From: Pecten maximus
Lineage: Eukaryota
DNA: 64,000 nucleotides
Direction: 5' to 3'
Assembly: GCF_902652985.1 (NCBI RefSeq)
Contig: NC_047032.1
Location: forward strand, 13,144,001 to 13,208,000
This document shows positions 1 through 13,184 of the stretch, piece after piece; position 1 is the first letter of the stretch, and every line of letters begins with the position of its first letter. A program made the position numbers and the translations under genes. The notes beneath the pieces were generated by a model. That model did no database searches, was not told the DNA's origin, and saw nothing but the letters and a program-made list of their open reading frames with translations.

Positions 1-860
1 ACTTCTTAAAAAGTAACAATTATGGTGAGCAAAACAACTAACAAACCTATTTATCCCTCCTTGTTTATGGATAATATCGCACTAATGGACGTCACACGTC
101 ACAAAGACCTAGGTATTACGCTATCGGCCAACGGAAATTAGATTATCTACAACGCCTTATTAGTAAATCTATTTTTCTCAGAAATCTTAATTTAAGCATA
201 GATAGAAAATCCCTTCAAACCTTGTACTATTCCAATCGTAGACCTTTATAAGGGTATGAAAATATTGTTTGGGATAACATTAGGTTAAGGAAAATAATTA
301 GAAAGCATACAGCTTGAAGCTTGAAGATCATGACTGGGGCTAAAAAAAACTCCCCACTTATGATCGATTATACTCAGAATCTGGTTTAGGTACTCTTGTT
401 AATAGAAGGAGAAAACATAGAATCATTAAATTCGATCAGAATGTTCATAACCATTGTCCTTCCTATCTCACTAACATTCTTCCAGTTCGTCACTCCTATA
501 ACACAAGAAGAGGCTTTCTGTCAACTTAAATACCGAACTTATCTCAATAAAGACTCTTTCCTTCCTACTTCTGTTGATCTATTGAACGCACTCCCCGATG
601 TCATACAATGTAATCCGTCTACAACTATTGTTAAAAATTCCTTAATGCTGATACCCCAATTGTTGATCTATATTATGATCATTGTAAACTAGACACGTCC
701 AGATTCACCACGCACGACTGAAGAAGCATTACAGCTCTCCAAATTCTCATTACTACTCTCTTAATCTTGTTAACTGTCCTTTGTGTTTATGTAACCAATC
801 TAATGAAACTGCAGAAAACTTCCTCCCCACGTGTCCTTACTACCAGCAAATAAGAATGGA
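1..860 (+). mobile_element. Decayed 3' part of a CR1/L2-clade LINE ORF2
   Basis: Manual translation gives DVTRHKDLGITLS, IDRKSLQTLYYS, NIVWDN, LESIQLEA..IMTGAKK and a C-terminal CPLCLC..ETAENFL.TCP; these are typical post-RT motifs; many stops and frameshifts. Confidence 0.8.
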
Positions 861-1944
861 CTGTTATAGGAAAAAAAACTTTATTAGTCGCTCTAAATGT
901 TTTAAGTAGGCACTGGTACATATTTCCCCTCCCTTTATATAGTTTTCTTTGATGAAATACAGTATTTACAAATATCGTATATTAATCACAATCCACGTAC
1001 AGACCCATTACAGTACTTTCGTAAGATTAAACCGCAGTTAATGTCTGCTCTTAAACATATCTTAAATCGTGTTTCGCTAAATCATCAACAGTTTTTCAAC
1101 ACTACATCCTTCATTACTGCACAATGTACACCATTCATTCTGTCAGTACTGTCATTTTGCTTAAGTTATGATACGGAGACAGATTGTACATTGTACTTGA
1201 TTCTACATTATGCTTTTTTATGCTTGTTACTTGTATTGATTTATAAAAAAAAAAAAATACAGACATAGAAACATAATAATAACGTCCAAAATTCTCGATA
1301 ATAAGACCGAAAGTTACTTCCTATTGATCATCCGCTTTATTTTTCATTATTTCCTAATTCTGACTATATTGAGGCCCTGACAAAAATCCGATTTGGGTTT
1401 CTCAAAGGATATTTACACATGTTGTTTACACCGTCAACAAGCCAAATCAATTGCAATAATACAAAACGTCTATTAATTTTACTGAAGATTTACAACGAAC
1501 ACATATTTTAGTTCTTATTTAGTGAATTGTTTTGCTCAGAATACAACAAATACTAAATGGATGTCTTATATTGAGCAAATCATATAACATTTGTATCAAT
1601 TTAATAGAAAAGGAAGGGATATTTTGCGCTCCAATTATGTTTTATTTAGAATTAACACTATCACAAATAATGCAATGTTTTAAGAAAGCCTTTAAAAAGT
1701 GGATATATTATATATCTGCATGATTTGCTTATTTTCCAGGGTTCAATTCTGTTAAGCAATTTTTATTTTATTTCTAAACTTTGGCAAGAAAAAAGTAGAA
1801 ATAAACGGAAATGTTCGATAACATGATATATGCCGTCGATGAAGCACTGCTTATCTTTAGGAAAACCGTAACACCGAGTCATGTACTCTATCAGGAACTC
1901 GTATTCTCTGAATGCTTGAATTCACCATTTAACCATTTATCATT

Positions 1945-2310
1945 ATCATAGGTAAAAATAGAATCTAACATGGGTCTGTTTCGTGGACAGGGATATCTCA
2001 ACCCGAGTGTAAGAGTTTGGCCAGTCAGCACGAGGCTTGCCGAGTGCTGGCCAGCCAAACTCTAAAGCAAGCAAATGTAAGTTTTTGCGAAAGGTTTTCA
2101 TCGCGCCATCTACAATGCCTCTTAGAATGTGCGTCGAAATTGAGGACGCATCATTTATAACGTGGTTACTCAACGTAAGATGATGACGTTACGTTATTGT
2201 GAGCAGCGTCATATAGCGCGTTCCAGCTGTCTATACCCTCTTGTGTGAGATCGATTATCTTTTCTATAGCAACCGCAGGATAACTCTGTGAAGTATGAGA
2301 GAAATGTGGA
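1945..2310. mobile_element. Non-autonomous hairpin-containing element in the last intron of gene A; same family as 19355-19790, in opposite orientation
   Basis: The reverse complement of 2125-2220 aligns with 19455-19550; the palindromic arm catggg..gtggacagggat/catctca is shared with 19641. Confidence 0.6.
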
Positions 2311-2380
2311 TTGACTTCCTACAAAGTATACTTGTGGTGAGAATCAGTTACATATGCTATATATCATTGCTGTATTACAG

Positions 2381-2713
2381 GATTTATTCTGTTGAGTATA
2401 TCTGATCTCACCGAAGGGCCAAGAGGGCCAACAGGAACTTTGGGAATCACCGGTTCTACTGGAGTTGCACCAACAGGATTAACTGGTCTAACTGGTACAG
2501 CTAATACAGTAACTGGTTTAACTGGAATGACAGGGCCAACTGGAGATACAGGACCAGGTATAACCGGTGCAACTGGTACAGCGAATACAGATATCTGGTG
2601 CAACTGGACCTACAGGATTTAATGGAGATGCAGGACCAACAGTTACCGGCGCATCTGGCACAACTGGTGCTACCGGTGCAACCGGCGCAACTGGTGTTGC
2701 AGCCTCGGGATAA
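2381..2713 (+). pseudogene. Gene A: terminal exon of a Gly-X-Thr collagen-like protein, with a +1 frameshift at ~2591
   Basis: Acceptor tattacag|GA is identical to paralogs B and C; near-identical to 33805-34136 except acagAtatct vs acagtatct; TAA at 2711-2713; AATAAA ~2751; upstream exons not seen in the window. Confidence 0.8.
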
Positions 2714-3214
2714 GAGTGCGAAAAAATACCTTGTGCCAGGTAGACGGACAAATAAAAGATTTTCCCCCATTTCTCGTGTTATGTTTTTGTTGATAGTATG
2801 GAGATATTTCATTGGTTTTATTTTCAGAATATAAAACAGGTAGTATAAGTGAAGGAGATAAACTATCTCAGGGTCAACAATGAGCATTTGCTACCTAAGG
2901 TCAACATGCATGTATTTTCATTAAATTCCACAAAATTCAAAACAACGCCAACATATATTGTTTCTTATTTATAAAAGTATTTCCATTTGTGCTGATATTG
3001 TGCTGTTCGATGTTGGTAAAAATATACTTACAAAATACATCAAAATTCACTTGATAACGGGAAATAACTTAATTATCAGGAGTCTGGAACCAACTGAAAA
3101 CTGCACGCGGTACTGCATGTATATCACAGTTTTGTATGAGTGGGAATATGCTAAGTCTTTCTAGCTAGTCATTAACATTACACTTAATCATCGCCCAACT
3201 ACAGTTTGATTACT

Positions 3215-3385
3215 CTTCGATCGGAAATGAAAATGTATGGGGTCACTTGCCCGACCACATGGGTTTTCTCCGGGCTCTCCGGTTTTCTCCCCCTCAAGCT
3301 CTTCCATCCGAACCAATAAAAGTGATATATTAAAGTTGGTAAAGTTTTATACGCGTTTGTTGTAAAATAATAAAGTTTATATTTT
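3215..3385 (+). mobile_element. Old V-domain SINE (family 2), partial
   Basis: gggttttctccgggctctccggtttt V-domain motif; paralogous copy at 21170-21400 in the same position of the duplicated gene unit. Confidence 0.65.
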
Positions 3386-4247
3386 GTATTATTTTGTGTA
3401 GCAGCTTAGCGTACGTTTACTCCATTAGCATCTATATATCAGATTTTAACTGTCCGCCAAACAGACAGCTTTAAATATCGTGCTATATAATTTATTTGTC
3501 ATGTTCAGATGCAGTATTTGATATTGTAATACACGTGTGCTTCACCACTTACATGCCGCTTAGAAGGAATATTGCGCAAAAAATGCAAACTTTCCTATTG
3601 GTATGCCGCAATCAGCACTAACGATCATTTGTAAATCGATCTTGCTAGATATATGAAGAATCTATACAAATTAAACATAGTATATATCATATATAGAGCA
3701 TAGGTTATCCGCAGGTAAAAGTTCACCTGATCACAGATTCTAGATTATTCGGTAAATACACGAGTTTTTACGTTATTCAATTTCTTCCTGGATCGCAAAT
3801 TAATTTCTTTATTCACTTAATTTCTGTCAATTTGATCATGTACACCAATTTTTCAGCTAATACAGCACAAACATTTGTACATGTTATTGCACAATTAGCA
3901 CTAGCGAACGTTTGTACATGGATCTAGCTAGATCTATCAATAATCCCCGTAAATTTAACATTACAATTTTGTTAATATGAAAGATTGAATCGTACGATTT
4001 CCATTAGAACATACATAGTATTTCAAAAGAGTTTTCATTTAATATGTTTTTTTATTAAACGAGTCTAAGAAGTATTTTTTTAATTATTGCAAGAAGCCTT
4101 GGCGAGAAAAAATAAAACTTCGAGACGACAAAACAGCGTGGTATGAAAACAAAGTATAACGTGACAAAGCATGAAATGTACTGATGTATTTTTTCATTCA
4201 TTGTGTAACTTATTTTCTCATAAAACTAGGTTATGCCGAAACGTATA

Positions 4248-5125
4248 CAGTAAAACAGGTTATAACTGAATCAGTTCGTTATATTGACAGTTCGTATTAC
4301 GTGTACTACGAATTTTTTTTGTTTTTTTCCTAAAAACTTTCGCTGTATGAAAATATTAAAATATAATTACAAGCAAGTACAAATAAAAAAACATCCAATT
4401 ATTTTTAGTCAGTTATAATTTTCTGCCGAAACTTTCCGCGTGAGGCAAGTGTGTACAATGTACTAAAAGCATCTGACGTATCATTTTGAGACTCCAGAAA
4501 ACGGCTTATCTTGTGTAAATAATCAACCGCCGTAGCACCACTGATTACGGAATGTTCCTCCTCTGTCTCTATTTTCTCCTCGTCTTCACTGTCCGAAACG
4601 TTCATACCGTCTTTTACAACATCTCTGTAGTATTACTGACGAAATCGGTCCCGGTGACCTTTACCCCGGAAGTCTCGTTTTCACTAGCTCTCAGTCGCTT
4701 GATGATTAAGCCGTCGCGTAACATACATGTACTGTGTACACACTAAGACATCTAAGAATGGATCAGCAACTCGACATAAACATCGATTAAACAACTTACT
4801 TTATTCAGAAGTCATCGAAAACACAACTTTAATTGAGGTACCAATATATACCCTGAAAGGTGCCCTCGTGTGCCTCTCGGTGACACGGTCGTGATCACCA
4901 GGGCAGTGACTTTCCGACTTTGTACTAAAGTGTTAAAACAACAAGGAATTTCAGCCGACGGGACCCTTAAATTGGTTCGTTATAGACAATATTTCGCTAT
5001 GTGAAATTCCCAATATAATTACAGAATTACCTAGCAGTAAGAGGGAGAATAGCTTGGGAATCGGGATCAGTTCGCAATATCAATACAATCGCTATAAGCG
5101 TGTTCGTACTAAACGTGTTTTACTG
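4248..5125 (-). mobile_element. Internally deleted pogo/Tigger-type (Tc1/mariner) DNA transposon
   Basis: TA|CAGTAAAAC...GTTTTACTG|TA ends; remnant ORF 4405-4605 has an acidic tract ending RQKIITD, like Tigger transposase C-termini. Confidence 0.75.
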
Positions 5126-5199
5126 TATATCGATAAATAGCTTGCATACTAACACAGGTTCGGTTAAAAATATACCAAATACTTTTATTGGTATAAATA

Positions 5200-5410
5200 T
5201 TTGTTATTTACGATGTTTATTTCCTGGGTTATAGCCAGATGAACAGCCAGTGTCATTTTTAGGCGGGGACTCCTTGTAGTAGTTGGTGATTACCTCATTT
5301 ACCAGCATACGAAAGGTCCGTCGCATGTCATCCAAAGCAAGTAGGGTAAAGTGTCTTGCCCAAGGATACAACCAGGACAGTACAGACCGGCTTGCTTCTC
5401 AGCTCCCCGA
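5200..5410 (-). mobile_element. CORE-type SINE fragment
   Basis: gggtaaagtgtcttgcccaaggatacaac is the reverse complement of the tRNA-adjacent CORE-like motif. Confidence 0.5.
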
Positions 5411-5786
5411 GAAACCTAATTCTTTTTAAAGTGTAGAAAATATATCAACATGTCAGTGGGTACTGCATCGCAAGAATCCTTAACTTACATGAAGATTTGA
5501 TGACGATTGACCGATAAACTCTCAATATCCATTTTAAACTGATATGTATTGTTTGAGAGATACTCATTTTTACTAATGAGAACGAAAATATTATAAGAGT
5601 TGGGATATGATTGTTATGATAACTCAGAAAACAGGGAAATGTTATTTAACGTAAAAAAGGAAAGCAGATACACCGCGACATTTTATTATAAATGGCACGA
5701 AGTGTTAATTGCTTACAGGATTATAGCTGTTTTCGACATATTAATACATAGGGATCAAATTGGTTTCTCTCCGAGAGGTAAACAGA

Positions 5787-5920
5787 TGGGTGGTCGGATG
5801 ACATTGTGGTAGCATACTAACCTTTCATCTAGGCGGCCGAGGTTCAATTACCCGATCGGACGTGAAAAGGTATAGGGTCCCCTGCCCGACTATGTGAATT
5901 TTCCCCGGGTACTCCTGGGA
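5787..5920 (+). mobile_element. V-domain SINE family 2, 5' part
   Basis: tRNA-like head with degenerate B box (ggttcaattacc), then gtgaaaaggtatagggtc..ccccgggtactcc. Confidence 0.55.
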
Positions 5921-5955
5921 TTTCATTGATGTAACCGTTTGAAAAATGTTTTTAA

Positions 5956-6997
5956 GGTAGTCGCACTCTAACTCAGACTTCCGGTAAAAAATACGATGTT
6001 AGCCGAGTTATAATGATATGCAGGTACTCGGCAAACATCGTAATCTCGACCGGAGTTATCCCCGACGGACAGAGTTGTCTGCCGTCGCAGCCGTCCTTTG
6101 TTTTTATTGATAAAATATCAATTTCTATGACGTTGGTAAATGTATTTCAGCTTTGGTTAAAACAAAAATGCTAACACATTCCTTAATCCGGGCGAGTATG
6201 TTTCGCCTTCTCTTGATAGCCATTAAAGACACCATAAAGTTGAATGTTGGGAACAAAGTAACTAAACTAAAATAATTAATTAACCCTGGAGAAAGTTGCT
6301 AACCCCTATTGAAAGATAAATTGTTAATCACTTATGTAACCCAGGTGTTATATACATATTCATATATATATATATATATATAACATAGTATACGTATTGT
6401 ACGTTATATACCTGTCTATGTATACATAAGTATTCATTGTGTATGTGTGCGTCAAGTCCCTGTGTACGTGACATGTTGTTTATATTATCCTGTCAAAGTA
6501 CCTGTCTTGTGGAATGTAAGGTACATGTATGTGTACAAAGTAGCCGGACCAGTCCGACGTGACATGGACATCAGCATGAACGCAACTCAGCAATTAACAC
6601 CTGCACTTGCTTTGCACGCTCGTTGCGTTCCCACACCTGTCTACGTAACTTCCTTTCTGACTTTCTATCTCTCTACCTATAGCTATCATTCCATTGCTGG
6701 ACGTCGGCGCAAGCGGTCCAGCAGCGCAAAGCACTAGCTAGCATCGGTCATCGAGAGATGACCGAGTTGAATTTGTCGCCATATAGAAGCCTGGTAAGTT
6801 GACATTGTAGTAATGGTGAATGGTGTGTGGAACTCGCGTTCGAGACTGGGTGAGTGTGTTCGATTTGGAAGACTTTGTGAGTAAATGTTTGTCTTGTCTT
6901 TGTAGGTTTCATGATCTGATATTAAACCATCAAACGAACAACTTCTGTATCTGGTAATATTTCCACACCCCGGTGACACTTATATTTTGCGAATACC
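5956..6997. mobile_element. Kolobok-like non-autonomous DNA element hosting a solo LTR
   Basis: TTAA|GGTAGTCGCA...TGCGAATACC|TTAA; internal segment 6135-6225 also found at ~28188-28285. Confidence 0.65.
6335..6978 (+). mobile_element. Solo LTR (Gypsy-like)
   Basis: TGTAAC...GTGACA termini flanked by a perfect 4-bp TSD CTTA (6331-6334 / 6979-6982); orientation inferred from attaaa near the 3' end. Confidence 0.8.
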
Positions 6998-7774
6998 TTA
7001 AAAGTGCCATATACAGTTTAAGCACCTCTAAATTTCATTTTCAAACCCAAATGAAAACTTTCTTAACTGGAATTGTATCCCGTGTCACAATTTTGTCACA
7101 TACGTACCCCTATTGATATTTTTAGAAGAGTTACAGAAATAAAGAACAACACACGTACATCTCAAACAACATCGAAAGAAAAGAAAATGCATTCAGGTTC
7201 ATGATCACACGTCTACATGGCACACACATGCGCAAGGACAGAAACACATATAATATTTTATGAGAGCATGCGAAGCATACCACAAGGTATTTTAACAAAA
7301 CGCAGTGATATAATTAGTACTATTGACGTTAATTATGATTACTCCGTTTCTTCTTTTTACCAAAATGTCCGCAATTGCATTTGATTGGTCCAAATTAAGA
7401 TATTGTCAGATTTTGATGAAAGTTTGTAATATGTACATTATTATTTGTAGGTACACCGGTCAATCTCGTAACCTTACTTTCACATTTAAGAAAATGGCTG
7501 CCATTTCCTGCCTTCTGATTGGTCGGAATTTAGGTATTGTTTGATTTCAATAAAAAATGAGGTATATGGGTTTTAAGGGATGTCGATCACAATGGTACGA
7601 CTGCGGGGCGTTCTTGGGACTTCTGTAATGGTACGCCATTACAATTAGTACTTGTTATATTTACGATGATAGACAGTGTAACAATCATATATTAAATCAC
7701 ACAGTGATATAATTAATTTTCTATTGTTTGTACGCAGAATGCGGCTTTCTGGTTGGTTGAGATTTTTTTTTTCA

Positions 7775-8445
7775 ATTAAGCATTGATGTCATTTTGTTTT
7801 AGTTTCATCGGAGTATGAAACAAATTTTGTTTGCAAACTGTATGAATCCGCGTAGCGGATTCTTACAGAAGTTTGCAAACAAAATTTGTTTAATATTATA
7901 ATTAATTTTTGAAAATAATTGTTTAATTTAAAACATATTTTATGTACAATTTTACTGGTTATATATGGGATTCTTTTTCTCAAATCAATACGCAACGTAA
8001 ATTGTCGTATTGTAACGTCATATTTTTCGCGCCATTTATTTATTTTTCTTTCATAGAAGAATGAAAAGAATTTTTCGACCAATCACATTTGAGTATTTAC
8101 CATGAAAACACAGAAAAACTAATAATACCACTATGAAAAAATCCGAGAATGGCACGAAAAATGCTACGTAACAATACGAAAATTGACGTTGCGTATTGAT
8201 TTGAGAAAAAGAATCCCACATAAAACCAGTAAAATTGTACATAAAACATGTTTTAAATTAGAACATTATTTTCAAAAATTAATTTTAAGCGTTGATGTCA
8301 ATAGTTTTTTAGTTTCATCGGTGTATGAACAAAAAAATGTTTGCAAACTGTATGAATCCGCGTAGCAGATTCTTACAGAAGTTTGCAAACAAAATGTTTT
8401 TCATACCCCGATGAAAATAAAAAAAAATTGACATCAATGCTTAAA
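7775..8445. repeat. Foldback structure: hairpin, ~130-bp inverted repeat pair, hairpin
   Basis: 7905-8035 is the reverse complement of 8148-8285; the palindrome tttgcaaac..gaatccgcgtagc(g/a)gattc..gtttgcaaa occurs twice. Confidence 0.75.
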
Positions 8446-8749
8446 TGATATACATCTTTACACTCCTCGTGCTACATCATCAGAGATCAATATGTATGTA
8501 CAGTAATACCCTTTTCGTACTAAGTAATCAAACTAATAGTGTAATAAACTGTAATACACAAACTATACAGTACGTTATAAGTATGATTAAAGATAGTATT
8601 ACTGATGCATAACTCACAATCCAAGACTGATTAGAACTCGTTGCAAGAAGTCATACGACATAGTCGTACCTTGGTGTGAAATACATCATGTTACACGATT
8701 TATATGATACAACCACACAATATTGTAATTAAAAAATGTTTGGCAACAA

Positions 8750-9030
8750 ATACGAATAGAAAAATATATGTATTTTATTTATTGAAATTGCTGAAGCGTT
8801 AAGTACGCACAATGTAAATTGAACGTCGCATATACTGTATACCTGGTAATTTTCGCCCCAGGTTATTTTCGCCCCTGAATATACCCTGGAAAATACGAAT
8901 AGAAAAATATATGTACAATTTGTATTTTATTTATTGAAATTGCTGAATCGTTAAGTATGCACAATGTAAATTGGACGTCGCATATACTAAATAACTCGAA
9001 GTATACGAAATTCAATTATCTAGTATATGT
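8750..9030. repeat. Two copies of a ~90-120-bp direct repeat; a third copy lies at 11398-11512
   Basis: tattttatttattgaaattgctgaa.cgttaagta.gcacaatgtaaatt..acgtcgcatata is repeated. Confidence 0.7.
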
Positions 9031-9044
9031 TAGTTTAAACATAT

Positions 9045-11100
9045 TTGACCTAATCTTGACCCCTAGGGAATACCAGCTTTTATTGCCTTCCACACATAGT
9101 TCTTACCATTTATAACCACTCTCTGCTGCCCTATTAATTATAAACTCCCCCCGATGCCAATATTACGTAATTTAAGGAGTAACCCTTCATGCCAGACTCT
9201 GTCAATGGCCTTACTGATATCGCAAAAGACCGTCCTAATTTCCCTACCCTTGTCTAGCGGTGAATATATATCATTAGTAATGGTGAGTAGTTGATTTGAT
9301 TTATTGCAGAGACCCTGAATCCAAATTGAGAAGATGATAGAAGAGAACTCTCAGTTATTGGAGATATTGTATCTACATCTTTCCATTGCCTTGTCCATTA
9401 TAGACAGTAATGCTATAGGTCGATAGTTGTTAAAAAGTGAAGGATTATCTTTTTTGAACACAGGGGTAACGTAAGAGAATTTCCCGGTAATGGGAAGACA
9501 GAAGCTGTTAGAGAATTATTGAAGATAAGCTGAAGAGTGTAACTCAGAATAACTGCTGCTTCCTTAAGGAGTCTTGGATTGATAAGGTCAGGTCGAACTG
9601 CCTTGGAACAATTAAGGCCAAATATAACAGAACTCATGTCGCCCTATCGATGTATATGCGATTAAGCAGTGGTTCATTGTTGACAGTAGGGGAAAGTTCA
9701 GTACTGGAGTCATCAACACTGGGGTTGTGACAAGAATTCCTTAAACGCATTATCATCTTTGGTGTCATTAGTAATAATAGACGTATCAGTATCGATTGGT
9801 GGGATATTACATGTTTTACTGGAGTTAAACATTAATTTACTTACAGTTCTCCACCAAGACTTCCCGCTGGTCTTATTTTGTATACCGAGTAATCCACAAA
9901 GTTTACGAACATATTTGGATTTAGCATTACGTATTATACTTACGGTTATCATTTACGGTTCCTGATCTTTTGGCTAATCTAAACAATCTTTTCCTTTTTC
10001 GAATTTTTTTTTGCGAATGTCACTAGACATCCATTGAGTTTCTGTTGTACGTATTGTTACTGTTTTATTAGGAATACATTCCTTAGCAGTGTTAAGGAGT
10101 ACATCAGTAAGGCCACCGACAGCTTATTCATCTAGATTATCAATTGATATAGCTTTATCCGAATCAATATTGGAAAGTCTCGCTTTATATTTATTAGTAT
10201 CACATTGGTCATACAACCAAATGTTACGTTTAAATAAGGACTTACTAGGTACAGTTATATCGAGACTACGTAATACAGGGCAATGATACCTAACAAGCTG
10301 GTCTAGAAAACTTCCCAACAGAGCATTTATCTATCAAGTTATGATTATAAACACACATACCATCCAGACGAGACGATTGATTATCGGTATAATATGTAGA
10401 AGATTATACCATCGGGGATAAGTTGAAAGTTTGAAGAAGCCCATGTAGATGTGAAAAATCTTGGTTATTGCTTAAACACTTTGCATTCAAATCACAACTT
10501 ACAATGATATTTTCACATCCAGTGTAGAAAGCCAGTTATAATAACTTTGAAATATGATCCCAAAGTAAGACGGGAGAATTAGGAGGTCTGTAAAAGGTAC
10601 CATAAAGGAGAGGAGTACCTGCTAAGATCAATTCTATCCAAACACATTCAACAGTTAGCAACTCTAAATCGTAGCGACGCTTACAAAGTATGTTATTTTA
10701 GCGTACACAGACACTCCTCCATCTTTACGCTCTGATCTAAAATGACTGTATGGGTCGTAATAACCAGGAAAGTTAAAATCTGATAAATTATCGTTGATAG
10801 AGAGCTACATTTCTGTAAATGATAGAATACACACATCGTGTGATTCCGTAAATAAAACATCTATCTTATTCCGAAGACTTTGGACGTTCAAATGTACAAA
10901 CAAGTACTTGGTATTATCATGATAGTCGCTTGTATACTAGAGAGGAAGGAAGACTCGGAAGAAATATCAAAGTCAGAATCAGACGTATTCAAATGGCCAT
11001 GATTTACTTCTATGTTATCAGATACGATAAGTAATACAATGTAAATGATTTGCACACAGAAGGAAACCACGAAAGAACCAAATAATCACAAGATCTAGCA
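9045..11100 (-). mobile_element. Decayed CR1/L2-clade LINE ORF2 (APE endonuclease to mid-RT), 3'-truncated
   Basis: Minus-strand motifs NVQSLRNKIDVL, GGV, FYRPPNS, DHCP-like YHCPV, KAVRPDLINPRLLKE, YRPIALLS, VFCDISKA.DRVWHEGLLLKL. Confidence 0.9.
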
Positions 11101-11825
11101 TTAACTTTGCATGTTATCACAGAACTTCGATATGTCTTTATGTGGAATAATCCTATCCGAAAACGGTATAACTATAATGAAACAAGGGTGTGCTCGCACA
11201 TGATATGTAAGGTATAGTTTGAACCATTCCATAGTAGCAAGTGAAGGTATATGTATATGAAAGGGTCGGGGTCGGGGGAGAGCGTTAAAAAAGGACGAGT
11301 GAAGTAAAGAGAGAATGAAGCTAAACATGAATGAATAGAAGAATAGCGAGGAACATTTGAGGTCAGTGTTCATGTATTGTATTTTGTCAACTAACATGAA
11401 TACAAAAATATATGTATTTCATTTATTGAAATTGATGAAGGGTTAAATACGTACAGTGTAAATAGGACGTCGCATATAACTTCAAGCATACGAAATAAAA
11501 TTATTTAGTATATATTGAATTGTATGATACCATTATATTATTAGATTCTAGGAATAATAACAATGGACTGCTTGCTAAGAGTTTCGCGTTAAACAATCAA
11601 ATTTCAGTGACGTGCATGGATTCCCCATTACATTTTCAGACTTGAAACCATAAAAACACATCACTGGTAAATCGATAACGTATGTGTGTCATGATATTCC
11701 ATATGTCCGTCCGACTCATCAGGAAACCAGGTTTGATGTATCGGTGGTGTACACTACAAGACCGTGACAGATCGACTAATTGGAGGTTATGTTTAGCTAG
11801 CCAAAGCCCCATAACATCACAGATG

Positions 11826-11890
11826 TCAGTTCCGTCCTCGCTGCCTTGGAATTTGATCTTTCGAGAATTTCATTTCGATCAGACAGCGCG
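11826..11890 (+). other. Gene B non-coding exon 1 (inferred)
   Basis: Homologous to 30401-30466; begins at Inr-like TCAGTT and ends gatcagacagcgcg|GTAAGT. Confidence 0.6.
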
Positions 11891-12184
11891 GTAAGTCATG
11901 TTATACATATGGTGTGTAAATTTTATGTGAAATGAATGTGTCACACGCAACAAAAAAAAGTGAAAAAAATAACTTAGGGATGTATGAAAGTCTGAATTTT
12001 TTTTTCGAAAATTTAACTTTTGTTCTACCATAGTTATTTTGAAAGAAGAGTTTTTTTTTTTTGTAATTTATATTTTATTCAGTTAAACATATATTATCAA
12101 CAAACACAAGACATCTACATTTTATGGTCATTCACACCTTTCAGCACTGATGTGTATTTCTATTATAATTTACTATGCACAAGC

Positions 12185-13030
12185 TTACACACACACATAC
12201 ACACCAACACACCAACACACCAACACACCCCCATTCTCGCCCCCCAGAGTCTGCTAAGCTACACCACCGTACTGACCGAGTGACATATGAAACGAAGGGA
12301 AGTAACTCTGATGAATGAGAATGACACACCCCACGCAAACACCTTCCCACACACATGAATGTTCTAGTACATATACATACATGTACACAACACTATACAC
12401 ATATACATGTTCATGCGTACTACATATAGTCATATACTAACTATTGCATATGACAATGAGCACACATGCTTTACTACACATACATGTACTATTTTGATAT
12501 CCATCCGTTGGCATGTACACACAGCACTTACATGAAAACATATCCACATACCGCACCTACTACAACTCAAATATACCCATACAAGTGCACACATACTACA
12601 CATGTTGTATATATTATTGTATACATACATATATAAGAAAATGCATATTAAACACACATTCTGTTTCTATTATCCTGCTATTCATCCATGTACAGACAAA
12701 CAGACAGACATACACACAGACAGATACATAAACCAACACCAACCTACTTAGACAGAAAGATACAGACAGACTAAACAGAGACACAGACATATACAGAAAG
12801 ACTGACAGACATACACACAGACAGACAGATACATAGACTAACAACACCAACCTACTTAGACAAAAAGACACAGACAGACTAAACAGAGACACAGACATAT
12901 ACAGAAAGACTGACAGACATATACAGACAAACAGATACATAGACTAACACCAACCTACTTAGACCGAAAGACACAGACAGACTTAACAGAGACACAGACA
13001 TACAGACAGTATTGACATACATAAATAGAA
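12185..13030. repeat. CA/CAGA-rich low-complexity tract with three ~105-bp tandem units (12700-13010)
   Basis: accaacctacttagac recurs at ~12738, 12846 and 12948. Confidence 0.85.
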
Positions 13031-13184
13031 AGATAAATAGACAAAAAAGGGAGAGAAAGGGGATGGAAAAATCACAATATATTATCAGAGCAACAAAGCA
13101 AAATTATTGACCAGTTTAGTGTTTTAGAGCCTAGGAGACATGTCAGTTAAATATATTATGAAATGAAAGCTATAACCTAATTAA

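Noticed and set aside
2364-2887. Minus-strand Pro-Val-rich ORFs (also 33788-34262 and 20598-20837)
   Set aside because: Antisense shadows of the G-X-T exon; splice sites and poly(A) signals support the + strand
12020-12940. Cys/Val-rich hydrophobic ORFs
   Set aside because: Products of CA/CAGA simple repeats
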